Source of the DNA: Candidatus Limnocylindrales bacterium
GTDB lineage: Bacteria > Moduliflexota > Moduliflexia > Moduliflexales > JAUQPW01
DNA: 64,000 bases
NCBI GenBank assembly: GCA_035559535.1
Contig: DATMBG010000006.1
Span: forward strand, 62,001 to 126,000
Reading direction: 5' to 3'
Part shown: piece by piece, positions 28,254-38,346 of the stretch
Layout: each line of letters opens with the position of its first letter
How positions within the stretch are numbered: position 1 is the first letter of the stretch
Notes under the pieces: generated by a model
Database searches by the model: none
The model's input: only the letters and a program-made list of their open reading frames with translations
Told to the model about the DNA's origin: nothing
Position numbers and translations under genes: made by a program

Positions 28254-28886
28254 TTAGATCAGATAAACAAATGTAAATACCAAAATCCAGACAAGATCTA
28301 CAAAGTGCCAGTACAAAGCAGCTATTTCGACAATATTGGGGAAATTCTTTTGTGAGAATTTTCCGGCAATGAGTCCTAGAAGTAAGACCACGGAAAGATA
28401 CAGAACTCCTCCTGTAACGTGAGCGCCATGGAATCCTGTAATGGCGAAGAAAGTGGTACCAAAAAGCCAGGCTCCATAGGGATTACTGGTGAAAGTTACG
28501 TGTTTTCCATGGATCAAGTGGGTCCATTCATAGGCCTGCATTCCCAGGAAAAGGGTTCCCCCGGCGATGGTCATCAAGATAAATTTAACAAATGCTTTTC
28601 GGTCACCCCTTTTGCTTGCAGACAGGGCTTTTACCATGGTTACACTACTACAGATCAGCAGGAAGGTCATAAAGGCTGTTAACTGAATTCCCAGTACATG
28701 GGATGGAACAGGCCAATCGGCACTTCCCGCTCGTATAGCCCCATAACCGGCCAGTAGGGTTCCAAAAGACATGGCATCTCCGGCAAGGAATATCCACATT
28801 CCCAGTTTACCCCAACTTTCGGGTGTAAGGGGCGATTCTGCTGGTTCGACACCTACATGTGCATGTGTAAGGGTAGCTTCGTTCAA
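28254..28886 (-). CDS. Heme-copper oxidase subunit III (copy 2)
   Basis: KLGMWIFLAGD, QAYEW, FFAITGFHGAHV, LYWHFVDLVW. Confidence 0.93.
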   Translation of the reverse strand: MNEATLTHAHVGVEPAESPLTPESWGKLGMWIFLAGDAMSFGTLLAGYGAIRAGSADWPVPSHVLGIQLTAFMTFLLICSSVTMVKALSASKRGDRKAFVKFILMTIAGGTLFLGMQAYEWTHLIHGKHVTFTSNPYGAWLFGTTFFAITGFHGAHVTGGVLYLSVVLLLGLIAGKFSQKNFPNIVEIAALYWHFVDLVWILVFTFVYLI

Positions 28887-28889
28887 TTT

Positions 28890-29171
28890 CTATTCTCCTT
28901 TTATGTCCAGGCCGGGCGTTACACGGACGTTCTTATTGAATCGGGTCCGTACACGCCGACGTCTGGAGTAAAGCAATATCCCTGCAATGGCTCCAGCAAC
29001 CGTGAAGGGCATTGCCATCATGAATCGAAGACTCCACCGAAGGCCCTGGCTTATAGGATCATCGGATGCATCCATACAGACTGCACAGGCCTGGGCAATC
29101 ATGGGAGTGAGCATCGTCATCATAGTTCCTAAAACGGGTAATACATAGCGGTTGATGAAAGAGTAAAGCAT
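28890..29171 (-). CDS. Small membrane protein with signal peptide, CxxC motif and TM helix
   Basis: AQA|CAVCMD...GLRWSLRFMMAMPFTVAGAIAGILLYSRRRR; AGGT RBS; tightly packed in the cox operon. Confidence 0.7.
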   Translation of the reverse strand: MLYSFINRYVLPVLGTMMTMLTPMIAQACAVCMDASDDPISQGLRWSLRFMMAMPFTVAGAIAGILLYSRRRRVRTRFNKNVRVTPGLDIKGE

Positions 29172-29272
29172 ATTACCTACCTAAAACGCGAAACGTAAAA
29201 CGTAAAGCGTGTTCGGTTAATATTTTATCTTCTGCGTTTTTATGGATTACGTTTCACGTTTCGTATTCTTAA

Positions 29273-29974
29273 TCAGCTTAAATACACCAGTGTGTAAAGA
29301 ACCGGCCAGAGAGCAACTACAAAATACCAATACATTCCGCAGATCTTCACACCGATGTAATGCCGGGTCATAAAATAAAGGCGATCCAAGGGGTTGTTTC
29401 TCCTTCTTACTCTGAAAAGCAAGATCAACAACCAAATTACAGCTCCCAGGACATGGGTACCGTGTGTACCAATCAACACATAAAAAGTAGATCCATATAC
29501 GCCCGATGAAGGTGTAAGACCAAACCGGATGAGTCGGATCCATTCGTATCCCTGAATGACCAAAAAGGTCAATCCAAGGCAGGCCGTAACCAAAAGTTTA
29601 TTGGCCAGTTGTTGATAATTTCTGTTTTGAATAGCCTGAAGGGCCTGATGCATGGTATAGCCACTCAAAAGTAAAATGGCCGTATTAATTCCGGTTACAA
29701 AAACTGGTAAGCGAGGTTGAAAAGGTGGTGGCCAGACCGCACTTCCGAAGCGGAAGAGAAGAAAAGCTCCGATGAGTCCGGCAAACAACATGACCTCGGC
29801 CCCTATAAATAGGACCATACCCACATAGGCATTGTTCATCTGAGAATCCATAAAATCCCCATCATCGTCATCGTCTGGACCAAAAGGAGGTTCAGGGATG
29901 GGCGGAGGTGGACCCTCTCCAATACTTTCAATCTCAAGGGGATCTATTACAGAGTCTAAAGTTTCTTTAGGCAT
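29273..29974 (-). CDS. Heme-copper oxidase subunit III (copy 1)
   Basis: GMVLFIGAEVMLFAGL, QGYEW, YGSTFYVLIGTHGTHV, MYWYFV. Confidence 0.9.
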   Translation of the reverse strand: MPKETLDSVIDPLEIESIGEGPPPPIPEPPFGPDDDDDGDFMDSQMNNAYVGMVLFIGAEVMLFAGLIGAFLLFRFGSAVWPPPFQPRLPVFVTGINTAILLLSGYTMHQALQAIQNRNYQQLANKLLVTACLGLTFLVIQGYEWIRLIRFGLTPSSGVYGSTFYVLIGTHGTHVLGAVIWLLILLFRVRRRNNPLDRLYFMTRHYIGVKICGMYWYFVVALWPVLYTLVYLS

Positions 29975-29992
29975 TTTCTAACAGCTTTGAAA

Positions 29993-30101
29993 TGTTCATC
30001 TACGAAGGGCTCCTTTTGAGACGCGGAGACAGAGGGACATGGAGATATGGGGACGCGGGGAAATGTCCCCGTGTCTCAAAAGGGGTCCTTCATGGATAAA
30101 C
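29993..30101. repeat. Long intergenic hairpin containing GGGGACGC-type 8-mers
   Basis: tgttcatc..gaagggctccttttgagacgcgg ... ccgtgtctcaaaaggggtccttca..gataaaca. Confidence 0.75.
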
Positions 30102-30144
30102 AAAATCGACAATTTACAAAAATGTAAAAACATAGTAACCGACT

Positions 30145-30264
30145 TTACTTCAAAATCGCAACAACGATGGCAATGATAACAAGTAGAACTATAATTGCCA
30201 TCAATATAGCGGCTACTCGACGATTTTTATCTGCGGTTCTACGTTCCTCGTTTGTTAAAACCAT
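30145..30264 (-). CDS. 39-aa single-TM protein downstream of the heme O synthase gene (CoxF-like position)
   Basis: Below the ORF-track size range; MVLTNEERRTADKNRRVAAILMAIIVLLVIIAIVVAILK; start overlaps the 3' end of cyoE. Confidence 0.65.
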   Translation of the reverse strand: MVLTNEERRTADKNRRVAAILMAIIVLLVIIAIVVAILK

Positions 30265-31157
30265 TTTTTATCCAAGGCCCAGATTCCGAGTTGTAAGGGA
30301 AGATATACAACAGAAGCAAGCAACAGGCGTCGCGCGGCTTCTAAGGAGCGAGAAACCGCGAGATCCAAGCCATAACCCAGGAATAGAATCCCCAGCACAA
30401 GGGCCGAGAAAAAATAAAGTGATCCGGCAAGTCCAATGAGAGTCGGCAAAAGACTTACCGTTAACAGAGCCAGGCAATGGTTTATAATCTGATAACCTGT
30501 ACTCTTACCGTCCGGGCTAATCACAGGGAGTAGCTTCATCCCTGCTCGGGTATAGTCTTCACGATACAGCCAGGCAATTGCCAGGGAGTGGGGAATCTGC
30601 CATAGAAACAGAATAGCAAACAGGATCCAGGCTCCTACGCCCAACTCACCTCGGGCGGCAGTCCATCCTACCACAGGTGGTAAGGCCCCGGGAACTGCCC
30701 CTACGATACTACAAAGTGAAGTTTTCTTTTTCAAGGGGGTATAAAGAAAAAGATAGCTGATTACGATGATCCCGGTAATCAGGGCACTTAACAGATTTGT
30801 GAGAAGAGCCAGGTAAAGAAGCCCGCCCAGCGTGATTGCCACTCCAAAAGCTAAGGCCTCAACCGGTTGAATTCGGCCATCTGGTAGTGGTCTAAAGCGT
30901 GTACGCTTCATACAGGCATCGGCCTCACGCTCCATATACTGATTCAAGGCAAGGGTACCTCCGGCTGCAAGGGTAGTCCCCATCAGTGTATAAAGTAAAG
31001 CGATTCCATCCACAGTTTCTTTAGATCCTATATAAAAACCTATACACGTAGTTATTAAAATCATCAAGACCACCCGAGGTTTCGTAAGTTCCAGGAAATC
31101 TACCGCTCGCCTCCACTTACGGATCAGTTCCACATCCCTTATTTCCATTTGTAACAT
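30255..31157 (-). CDS. cyoE: Protoheme IX farnesyltransferase (heme O synthase)
   Basis: LTKPRV, NQYMEREADACMKRTRFRPLP, YTPLKK, GAVPGALPP, WQIPH, YREDY. Confidence 0.95.
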   Translation of the reverse strand: MLQMEIRDVELIRKWRRAVDFLELTKPRVVLMILITTCIGFYIGSKETVDGIALLYTLMGTTLAAGGTLALNQYMEREADACMKRTRFRPLPDGRIQPVEALAFGVAITLGGLLYLALLTNLLSALITGIIVISYLFLYTPLKKKTSLCSIVGAVPGALPPVVGWTAARGELGVGAWILFAILFLWQIPHSLAIAWLYREDYTRAGMKLLPVISPDGKSTGYQIINHCLALLTVSLLPTLIGLAGSLYFFSALVLGILFLGYGLDLAVSRSLEAARRLLLASVVYLPLQLGIWALDKKWF

Positions 31158-32212
31158 CAGGCCAGTACCTCCCCAGAAGTAAGTCCCCGATCTGCTCCAG
31201 GTTCTAGCTCCTTGGATACCTGATAAGATCGAAGTGTTAAAATTAGGCTGGTTGCCAGAATGGCTGCACCTACCGTCACATGCAGGGTTGTAGGAAGCAC
31301 CGCCTTAAATGTCCAGATTGTAAAGGCTCCCAGCGCGATTTGTAGAATCAAAAGCCCTATCAACAGTAATCCTGGACGAAGTAAGAAAGATTCTTGGCGA
31401 TGCTGTCGAATAATATGGATCACGGTCCAGCTAATACAGAGCGTAACCAGCAGAGCCCCCAACCGATGTAGATAGTGAATCAGAACCGCCGAAGATTCCA
31501 AAGGTGGTACGAGCCGACCAAAGGCCAGCGGAAAATCCGGGATTGCAAGGCCGGCACCCATATGGCGCATAATAGCACCTAAAATGAGTTGGACATAAAT
31601 AACGGCTGTTGTCAAAGCACCTAACCGGGTTAGGGAGAGAGCAGAGATGTGGGGGTGTGGATGAGTCTTCACCTCTGCACCTTCATACTCCCATGCTCCC
31701 ACACGCCCATACTTTCTTTCTCCGGTACTCCCATACTTCCCTCCTCCCTTACTATCTTTTCCCCAGTTTGGGTTCGTGAAAACGGCCAGGGCTATGGTTA
31801 AACAGAAAAAGGCTTGTGCGAGACAGGCATGGGCTACGGAGACCGAAGTGGGTAGCTTGAGGAGAACCGTAATGCCGCCGAGAAGGCCTTGCAGGATAAT
31901 GGCCAGTAGGGCTATAAGTCCAAGCCGTCGAACCCATCTTCTGGATTCTTGCCAGTAAATCCAGATAGCTAATAGCGTCATAAGAAATCCAACCAGCGTA
32001 GCAGCCATACGATGGCCGTGTTCAAATAACACGCCACCTTCCATGGGAGGAAAGAACTGTCCAAAGGAGAGAGGCCAATCTGGAACGGCCAGACCCGAAC
32101 CCGTACTGGTAACCAGACCTCCTATAAAGATCAATATAAAAGTGGCTCCTGCCGTTAAAACCGCAAATCGATGAAGCCAGATGTTATTCACTTTGCCTGT
32201 TTGCTTAATCAA
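31157..32212 (-). CDS. ctaA: COX15/CtaA heme A synthase family
   Basis: GGLVTSTGSGLAVPDWP, FEHGHR, QGLLGG, AH, HYLHR, LHV; 8 TM helices. Confidence 0.85.
   Translation of the reverse strand: MIKQTGKVNNIWLHRFAVLTAGATFILIFIGGLVTSTGSGLAVPDWPLSFGQFFPPMEGGVLFEHGHRMAATLVGFLMTLLAIWIYWQESRRWVRRLGLIALLAIILQGLLGGITVLLKLPTSVSVAHACLAQAFFCLTIALAVFTNPNWGKDSKGGGKYGSTGERKYGRVGAWEYEGAEVKTHPHPHISALSLTRLGALTTAVIYVQLILGAIMRHMGAGLAIPDFPLAFGRLVPPLESSAVLIHYLHRLGALLVTLCISWTVIHIIRQHRQESFLLRPGLLLIGLLILQIALGAFTIWTFKAVLPTTLHVTVGAAILATSLILTLRSYQVSKELEPGADRGLTSGEVLA
31633..31750. repeat. GGGAGTAT/ATACTCCC 8-mer array translated in frame within ctaA
   Basis: catactcccatgctcccacacgcccatactt...gtactcccatacttccc; encodes GGKYGSTGERKYGRVGAWEYEG...HPHPH. 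Confidence 0.8.
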
Positions 32213-32364
32213 GAAGAAGTAGCAAGGGTTTTAGTTGTTTCCAACAACTAAAACCCTTGCTACCGCCCTTAAAATCAGATTCATGGGAGTTTGTGGTTTG
32301 TACCAACGACTTGAGTGATTTTTTAGAGAGAGTAGACGGTAACGGAAGTCGTTGGTACAGAATT

Positions 32365-34209
32365 TTAATGCGCCCCTTTGGCTGTGGTTGTTTCCAATCG
32401 CCGATCTTGAGGCAGCCAGTCTTCGGCTACTTCAGGGGAGCTATACTCATAGGGGCCCCTATAGACTGTGGGAATTTTATCGAAATTACCATGGGGAGGG
32501 GGTGAAGGGGTTGTCCACTCCAAAGTATTGGCATGCCAGGGATTTCGATCCGCCCGTTTTCCGGCGAACAAACTCCAGATGAAATTAAACAGGAAAATAA
32601 GCTGAACGGCCCCCAGGCAGAAAGCACTTATGCTGATAAACACATTAATAGGTTGGAGGGGATGTAAGAATTCATACTGCATGGGGTTGAAGATCCGGCG
32701 CATATGTCCACCCACACCCAGAATATGCATGGGGAAGAAGGTTGCATTGAAGAAGATGAAGGTGAGAATTGCATGGATTTTTCCCAGGGTTTCGTTCATC
32801 ATACGACCGAACATTTTGGGGAACCAGTAAGTAATAGCGGCGAAAATAGCAAAGATAATTCCGGCAACCACGTAGTGGAAATGAGCGACAATATAATAGG
32901 TATCATGGATGAAGATATCTACCGGTGTTGAAGCCATAAAGATCCCGCTTAATCCACCGATAACGAAATTGGACACGAAGGCAAGGCCAAAAAGCATAGG
33001 GGTTGTAAATCGAATAGATCCTCCCCACAGGGTACCTAACCAGTTAAAGGTTTTGATGGCCGAAGGAACGGCAATGACCATGGTGGTCATCATGAAAGTA
33101 GCCCCAATGAGGGGATTCATGCCGCTGACAAACATATGATGACCCCAGACGACCCAGGAGAGGAAAGCAATGGCCGTCATGGCAAATACCATCCCCCGAT
33201 AGCCGAAGATTGGTTTACGGGAAAAAACAGACAGAACTTCCGAAGTAACCCCCATGGCGGGAAGAACTAGAATGTAAACTTCGGGGTGACCGAAGAACCA
33301 GAAGAGGTGTTGCCAGAGGATAGGCTCCCCACCTCCTTCTGGAAGGAAGAAATGGGTTCCAAGCATACGATCAAACAGTAGCATAGCCAGGGCTGAAGTT
33401 AACACCGGAAGGGCCAGCAGAAGGAGAATGGCTGTAATGAAAAGGGACCAGGTTATCAGCGGCATTCGGAAAAAGGTCATCCCAGGGGCCCGCATGTTGA
33501 TGATGGTGGTAATATAATTAATGGATCCCATAAGCGAAGAGATACCCATGACAATAAGGCTGATACACCATAGATTCTGTCCCCAATTTACACCTGTATA
33601 TTCCACTTTAGCCGTAAGTGGTGCATAGGAGGTCCAACCTGCTGCTGCAGGCCCGCCTGGGACAAAAAGACTTGCTAACATGATAATACCGGATAGAAGG
33701 CCAACCCAGAAGGAAAGCATATTAAGAGTCGGGAAGGCCATATCCCGGGCCCCAATGGTAAGGGGAATAAGAAAGTTTCCAAAACCACCGACCATAATAG
33801 GCATGACCACGAAGAAGATCATCAATGTGGCATGCATGGTAAAGAGGGAATTATAGAGCGGTGCGGTGATGGCACCCATGGGCATGTTTTTGGTTAACCA
33901 GTTTTGTTCGCTTTCGGGTTTCGATAACCATTCGGCCCAGGTTTGATCCATGCTTGTTTTGGGCTCCCCGGTATCGATAAATTCTTTTGAAGCGCCGATG
34001 ATCGGTAGTGGTTTTTCAGGAAAGGCCAGTTCCCATCGGATTAACATGGCCATTAATCCCCCGATGATTAACATGAACAAACCCATAAAGAGGAACTGCC
34101 GACCTATCATCTTATGGTCGGTTGAAAAGATGTATGTGCGCACAAAGCCAGGATGAGCATGGGCTTCATGCACTTCATGCGTACCTTTGGCTGCTCTGGA
34201 TTCACTCAT
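32365..34209 (-). CDS. ctaD: Cytochrome c oxidase subunit I, A1 type
   Basis: STDHK, TMHA, DMAFP (D-channel), WFFGHPEVY, WGHHM, AIK (K-channel), AHFHY. Confidence 0.97.
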   Translation of the reverse strand: MSESRAAKGTHEVHEAHAHPGFVRTYIFSTDHKMIGRQFLFMGLFMLIIGGLMAMLIRWELAFPEKPLPIIGASKEFIDTGEPKTSMDQTWAEWLSKPESEQNWLTKNMPMGAITAPLYNSLFTMHATLMIFFVVMPIMVGGFGNFLIPLTIGARDMAFPTLNMLSFWVGLLSGIIMLASLFVPGGPAAAGWTSYAPLTAKVEYTGVNWGQNLWCISLIVMGISSLMGSINYITTIINMRAPGMTFFRMPLITWSLFITAILLLLALPVLTSALAMLLFDRMLGTHFFLPEGGGEPILWQHLFWFFGHPEVYILVLPAMGVTSEVLSVFSRKPIFGYRGMVFAMTAIAFLSWVVWGHHMFVSGMNPLIGATFMMTTMVIAVPSAIKTFNWLGTLWGGSIRFTTPMLFGLAFVSNFVIGGLSGIFMASTPVDIFIHDTYYIVAHFHYVVAGIIFAIFAAITYWFPKMFGRMMNETLGKIHAILTFIFFNATFFPMHILGVGGHMRRIFNPMQYEFLHPLQPINVFISISAFCLGAVQLIFLFNFIWSLFAGKRADRNPWHANTLEWTTPSPPPHGNFDKIPTVYRGPYEYSSPEVAEDWLPQDRRLETTTAKGAH

Positions 34210-34439
34210 CGTTTGTTTTTAGTTAGAGGGTTGTAAAGCGAAACGTCACTTCATACTCAGCAAAATCCTCTGAAACGGCGTTTCCCCTTACAACCCCTTA
34301 TCTCTGGTTCATCAACCCAAGCACCGCTTAACCATCCCGTCCACTGCAAAAACAACCAGAGAGGCAAAGATGGTTTAGATTCTTGGTTAAAGTTGGTTCT
34401 GTTTTCTTTGGCACAGGTCCTACACCTTTCCTGAGCAGG

Positions 34440-35135
34440 TTATTGCGCTTTTTCAGTCGAGGGCCATTTTTCCTTGACCCACGCAGCATACTCCTCAGGC
34501 GTATGGACGATTAAAGAACCGAGCATTCCGGAATGTCCAATTCCACAAAGTTCTGCACAAGGAAGTGGATATCTACCCGGTTTAGTCGCCTGAAACCAGG
34601 CCAAAATGGTCCGTCCAGGTAAAACATCTTGTTTTAAACGCAGGTGGGGAAGGAAGAAGCTATGGATAACATCCTTTCCTACCAACTCAACTCGAACTAC
34701 TTTATTAACCGGAACATGGATTTCATCCAGTATCGCCGGATCTCCGGGACGTGGAAGATCATCTTCTGTTCCAAACTTCCCGTCAGGTCCCGGGTAAGTA
34801 ATATCCCAGTTGAACTGCTTGGCAAGAACCCGAATCTGTACCTCTCCAGGCGGTATGTTCATTTTGATGTGACTCCAGGCTGCTTGGCTCTTGAATGCCA
34901 GCAAAATCAAAATGATTGCCGGAATAGCGGTCCAGATAATCTCGAGGGTGGTACTTCCATGGGTATAAATCGCCCGACGTCCCTCTTGATAGCGGTACTT
35001 AATAAGAAACACAATCATGGCTACCGTGACCAGCAGGAAAACAATTCCCGTAATATAGTAGATAAGATAGAAAAGGGAATCCACTTCCTTCCCGTACGTG
35101 GATACATCTTCTGGAAGCCAATTTAACATCCGCAT
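34440..35135 (-). CDS. ctaC: Cytochrome c oxidase subunit II (CuA; no fused cytochrome c)
   Basis: LEIIWTAIP, QFNW, DVIHSF, CAELCGIGHSGM; likely start 35135 or 35129. Confidence 0.95.
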   Translation of the reverse strand: MRMLNWLPEDVSTYGKEVDSLFYLIYYITGIVFLLVTVAMIVFLIKYRYQEGRRAIYTHGSTTLEIIWTAIPAIILILLAFKSQAAWSHIKMNIPPGEVQIRVLAKQFNWDITYPGPDGKFGTEDDLPRPGDPAILDEIHVPVNKVVRVELVGKDVIHSFFLPHLRLKQDVLPGRTILAWFQATKPGRYPLPCAELCGIGHSGMLGSLIVHTPEEYAAWVKEKWPSTEKAQ

Positions 35136-35338
35136 TTTTCTATCCTTTCCACGGTTCTCGTTTTGTATCTGAAGCACAAGCCTCAACTCCCATAGGGCTT
35201 ACCTCAATCTCTACCAAAACCGTGGAAGGATAGATATAAGAAATCACTTCGGGGCTTTGAATTCGATAAATTTTAGCTTCGGTAAGAAACGTCTTTGCCG
35301 AAAAGCCTAGAAGAACCTTACACTTAGGATACGAAATA

Positions 35339-35367
35339 ATACTAGGAATTAGGTTCTACTTTGTCAA
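35339..35367 (-). promoter_or_regulatory. Sigma-70-like promoter of the cox operon
   Basis: Minus strand TTGACA-N17-TAGTAT. Confidence 0.6.
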
Positions 35368-35404
35368 GAGAATATTTGTCTAGAACATCGAAAGTTAATT
35401 TAAA

Positions 35405-36406
35405 TTACTGCCATTCTCGAATAAATTTCTCAGCCATTAAAACATCCTCTCGACTCCCGATGATAAGAGGAACTCTTTGATGAAGTTCTGTAGGCTGAAT
35501 ATCTAGAATTCTTTCGTATCCTGTACTGGCCAATCCCCCCGCTTGCTCTATAAGGTAGGCCATAGGAGCCGCCTCATAAAGAAGTCTCAGTTTCCCCTTT
35601 GGGTTTTTACTATCCGCAGGATATAGGAAAATACCCCCATAGAGAAGATTACGATGAAAATCTGCAACTAACGATCCAATATAACGGGAGGAATAGGGAC
35701 GATCCGTTTTCTTATCTTCTTCTTTTAAATAGTTGATATAATTCTGAACCCCTTTTCCCCAACGGTTAGAATTCCCTTCATTAATACTATAAATTTTTCC
35801 CTTCTCAGGTATTCGGATGTTTTTATGGGAGAGAAGAAACTCTCCAACGGTCGGATCCAGAGTAAATCCGTGCACCCCATGACCCGTGCTATAAACCATC
35901 ATGGTACTGGACCCATAAAGAATATACCCGGCTCCTACTTGCTTATATCCTGGCTGGAGGACATCTTCTAAGGTCCCCCTTCCTTCCTTGGTAATTCTCC
36001 GATGAATAGAGAAAATGGTTCCGACACTGACATTGGCATCGATATTAGAAGAACCATCCAAAGGATCCAAAAGAACAATATATTTTCCCAGGGGGTATCC
36101 ATCTGGAATTGGGATCAAATCGGCTTCCTCCTCTGAGGCCAGAGCACATACATGGCCAGAACGCCCTAAAATTTCTAAGAGTACGTTATGGGCAAATTCA
36201 TCCAGTTTGGTGACCTTCTCCCCTTGAACGTTCTCCGTCCCTGTGAATCCTAATATATTGGTTAGACCGGCTCTCCTGACTTCTCGGGTGATAACTTTGG
36301 CTGCCAGGGTAATCGTCGATAAAAGGTCTGAGAATTCTCCTGTAGCACCTGGAATTTCCCTTTGTTGCTCTAAAATATACCGGGATATTGTCATGATTGG
36401 TTTCAT
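35405..36406 (-). CDS. fbp: Fructose-1,6-bisphosphatase class 1
   Basis: [49 protein letters not shown]; likely start MKPIM at 36406. Confidence 0.96.
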   Translation of the reverse strand: MKPIMTISRYILEQQREIPGATGEFSDLLSTITLAAKVITREVRRAGLTNILGFTGTENVQGEKVTKLDEFAHNVLLEILGRSGHVCALASEEEADLIPIPDGYPLGKYIVLLDPLDGSSNIDANVSVGTIFSIHRRITKEGRGTLEDVLQPGYKQVGAGYILYGSSTMMVYSTGHGVHGFTLDPTVGEFLLSHKNIRIPEKGKIYSINEGNSNRWGKGVQNYINYLKEEDKKTDRPYSSRYIGSLVADFHRNLLYGGIFLYPADSKNPKGKLRLLYEAAPMAYLIEQAGGLASTGYERILDIQPTELHQRVPLIIGSREDVLMAEKFIREWQ

Positions 36407-36648
36407 ATTAAAATCGACGCAAAGCCCCGACTTTGCCGGGAAAAAAGCGTCGCCTCCTTGAGACCTTAGTAACCTTAAGCCTGTCCTTCGATAACCAGGC
36501 ATATACTTTTATGCGACGTTTGTCAAAGAAAAAGTGGTTTTAATCAGCAGGATCCGGGTTGAGAGTCTTTTTGAAAGACCTGGATTCAAAAAGAGTCAAA
36601 TATAATTAAAAATTTTTATTTTGGAAGGCGAAAGATAGGTTTTTCTCC

Positions 36649-36676
36649 TTGACAAGGGGGAGGGTTTTTATATGCT
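36649..36676 (+). promoter_or_regulatory. Sigma-70-like promoter
   Basis: TTGACA-N16-TATGCT upstream of the 36734 gene. Confidence 0.55.
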
Positions 36677-36733
36677 TTAATAGCAGTAAACTTTTTGGAT
36701 CCTGACTCCAAACTCTTCACCTAGAGGTGCTCC

Positions 36734-37537
36734 ATGACAACCAACATATTTGATATCTTACCTCCTTCAACGGATAGGATTTGTGAAATTTATGCTCTAA
36801 AACTTGGGGAGATTACACGGGATACTTCCTTCGTTGTTTATCTCACCGATTTTGGCGTTCCCATCACTACGTTTTATTATGTTTGGTGCATTAAAGGATC
36901 TGATGGGATAGTCCTGGTAGATACGGGATTTACTTCAAAAATTCCCCAAAGTCAGGCCGTTCGTAACCTCACCAGTCCTGTAGATCAACTGGCTAAAATC
37001 GGAGTAGATGCCAAAGAAATTTCCACAGTGATCATCAGCCATCTTCACTGGGATCATGCTGGAGGATGTAACTTTTTTCCTAAAGCTACTTTTTATATCC
37101 AAAGGCGAGAATTTGAATTTTTTACCGAGAATCCTTTAAGTAAATATAAACCTTTCACAAAGGTTACTTATCAAGAAGGCTTGGAACAACTGGTTAAGCT
37201 TAAGGAAGCTGGACGGGTGAAGTTAGTGGAGGGTGCCGCTCCTATCGCTCCGGGTATTTCTGTGATGTTAGCTCCAGGACATACGCCAGGTCTTATGGTA
37301 ACCCTGGTAAACACGGCCCGGGGAATTGCTGCCATTAGCTCGGATTGTGGCCATCTATTTCGGAACTTCGAAGAGGAAATACCCTCCAGTATTATTACCG
37401 ATATGATAACCTGGCTGGAGAGTTACCGACGAATCAAGGGGGTTGTCTCGGCTCCGGACCTCATCTTTCCCGGTCATGATGCCCTGATGATAACCCGGTA
37501 TCCTCGTGTAGCAGAGGGAGTTTCCAAATTGGTATAG
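36734..37537 (+). CDS. Metallo-beta-lactamase fold hydrolase, N-acyl-homoserine lactonase-like
   Basis: VDTGF, SHLHWDHAGG, APGHTPG, SSD, FPGHD. Confidence 0.85.
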   Translation: MTTNIFDILPPSTDRICEIYALKLGEITRDTSFVVYLTDFGVPITTFYYVWCIKGSDGIVLVDTGFTSKIPQSQAVRNLTSPVDQLAKIGVDAKEISTVIISHLHWDHAGGCNFFPKATFYIQRREFEFFTENPLSKYKPFTKVTYQEGLEQLVKLKEAGRVKLVEGAAPIAPGISVMLAPGHTPGLMVTLVNTARGIAAISSDCGHLFRNFEEEIPSSIITDMITWLESYRRIKGVVSAPDLIFPGHDALMITRYPRVAEGVSKLV

Positions 37538-37584
37538 AACCTGGGGGTAGCCACAGGCTACCCCCACGGCCATTGAACAGGAGG

Positions 37585-37875
37585 TTATTGCTGTTTCTTT
37601 TCCTCTTTTTTCTCCATACCTCCTTTAGAGAAAGATAAATTTACCGTAATGGTATCACCTTCCTTAAGGTCTTTAATCTCAGCGGGAGGAAAATGTACGT
37701 CTAAGGTGCCCGCCCCGGTCTTTACGCTCACCATACCGGTATTGTGATCAATCTTGGTGATCGTACCGCTCATGCTGTGTTCCCCATGTTTCTTTTCCGG
37801 CTCAGCCGATAAGGCAGGAATGGCACTACCGATTACAAAAATAACGGCTATTAAAAGAGCTAAAACTTTCTTCAT
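37585..37875 (-). CDS. Small exported OB-fold protein (CusF/DUF5666-like)
   Basis: Signal peptide MKKVLALLIAVIFVIGSAIPALSA; HGEHSMSGTITKIDH..GMVSV..LKEGDTITV. Confidence 0.65.
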   Translation of the reverse strand: MKKVLALLIAVIFVIGSAIPALSAEPEKKHGEHSMSGTITKIDHNTGMVSVKTGAGTLDVHFPPAEIKDLKEGDTITVNLSFSKGGMEKKEEKKQQ

Positions 37876-38346
37876 GCCTTTTTGTTTACAAAACTTACTA
37901 TTGTCTGAGATTAAATAGTAAGTTTTGAAGGGCACTCCTAGTTGCCCGGAAAGATAACCCTATTCTCTAAAAAGGACCTTCTTAGCAGCTCACTTTTTAA
38001 ATTATGAAACAAATCTTAAAAACGTCAAGTACTCTTCAATAATTTCTTAATCCCTATCAAGTTTTAGATTAAAAAGTTAAGGCTCTTTCAATAAAGAAAG
38101 ACTGGGACAGGTGAAAAACTTGTCTTATCCGTTTAATACTCAATCTGGATAGAAATATCCTATGACCCATGGAGTGATCCCCCCAGGATCTCCCCTAAAC
38201 CGAGGAGTCATCATGCGATGTTTCAACGTAAAAATGGTATAAGGCCCATACCCATAATGAAGGATCTCTGATAAATCCCCGGTTATCCAGATCTGCTGAA
38301 GCGATATATGAAAATAACTTTTAAGTCTATAAGAAATTATATCCCT

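Noticed and set aside
36414-36452. GACGCAAAGCC resembling a c-di-GMP-I riboswitch
   Set aside because: The upstream GGCAAA/GNRA stem is absent, and the motif is on the strand opposite to fbp
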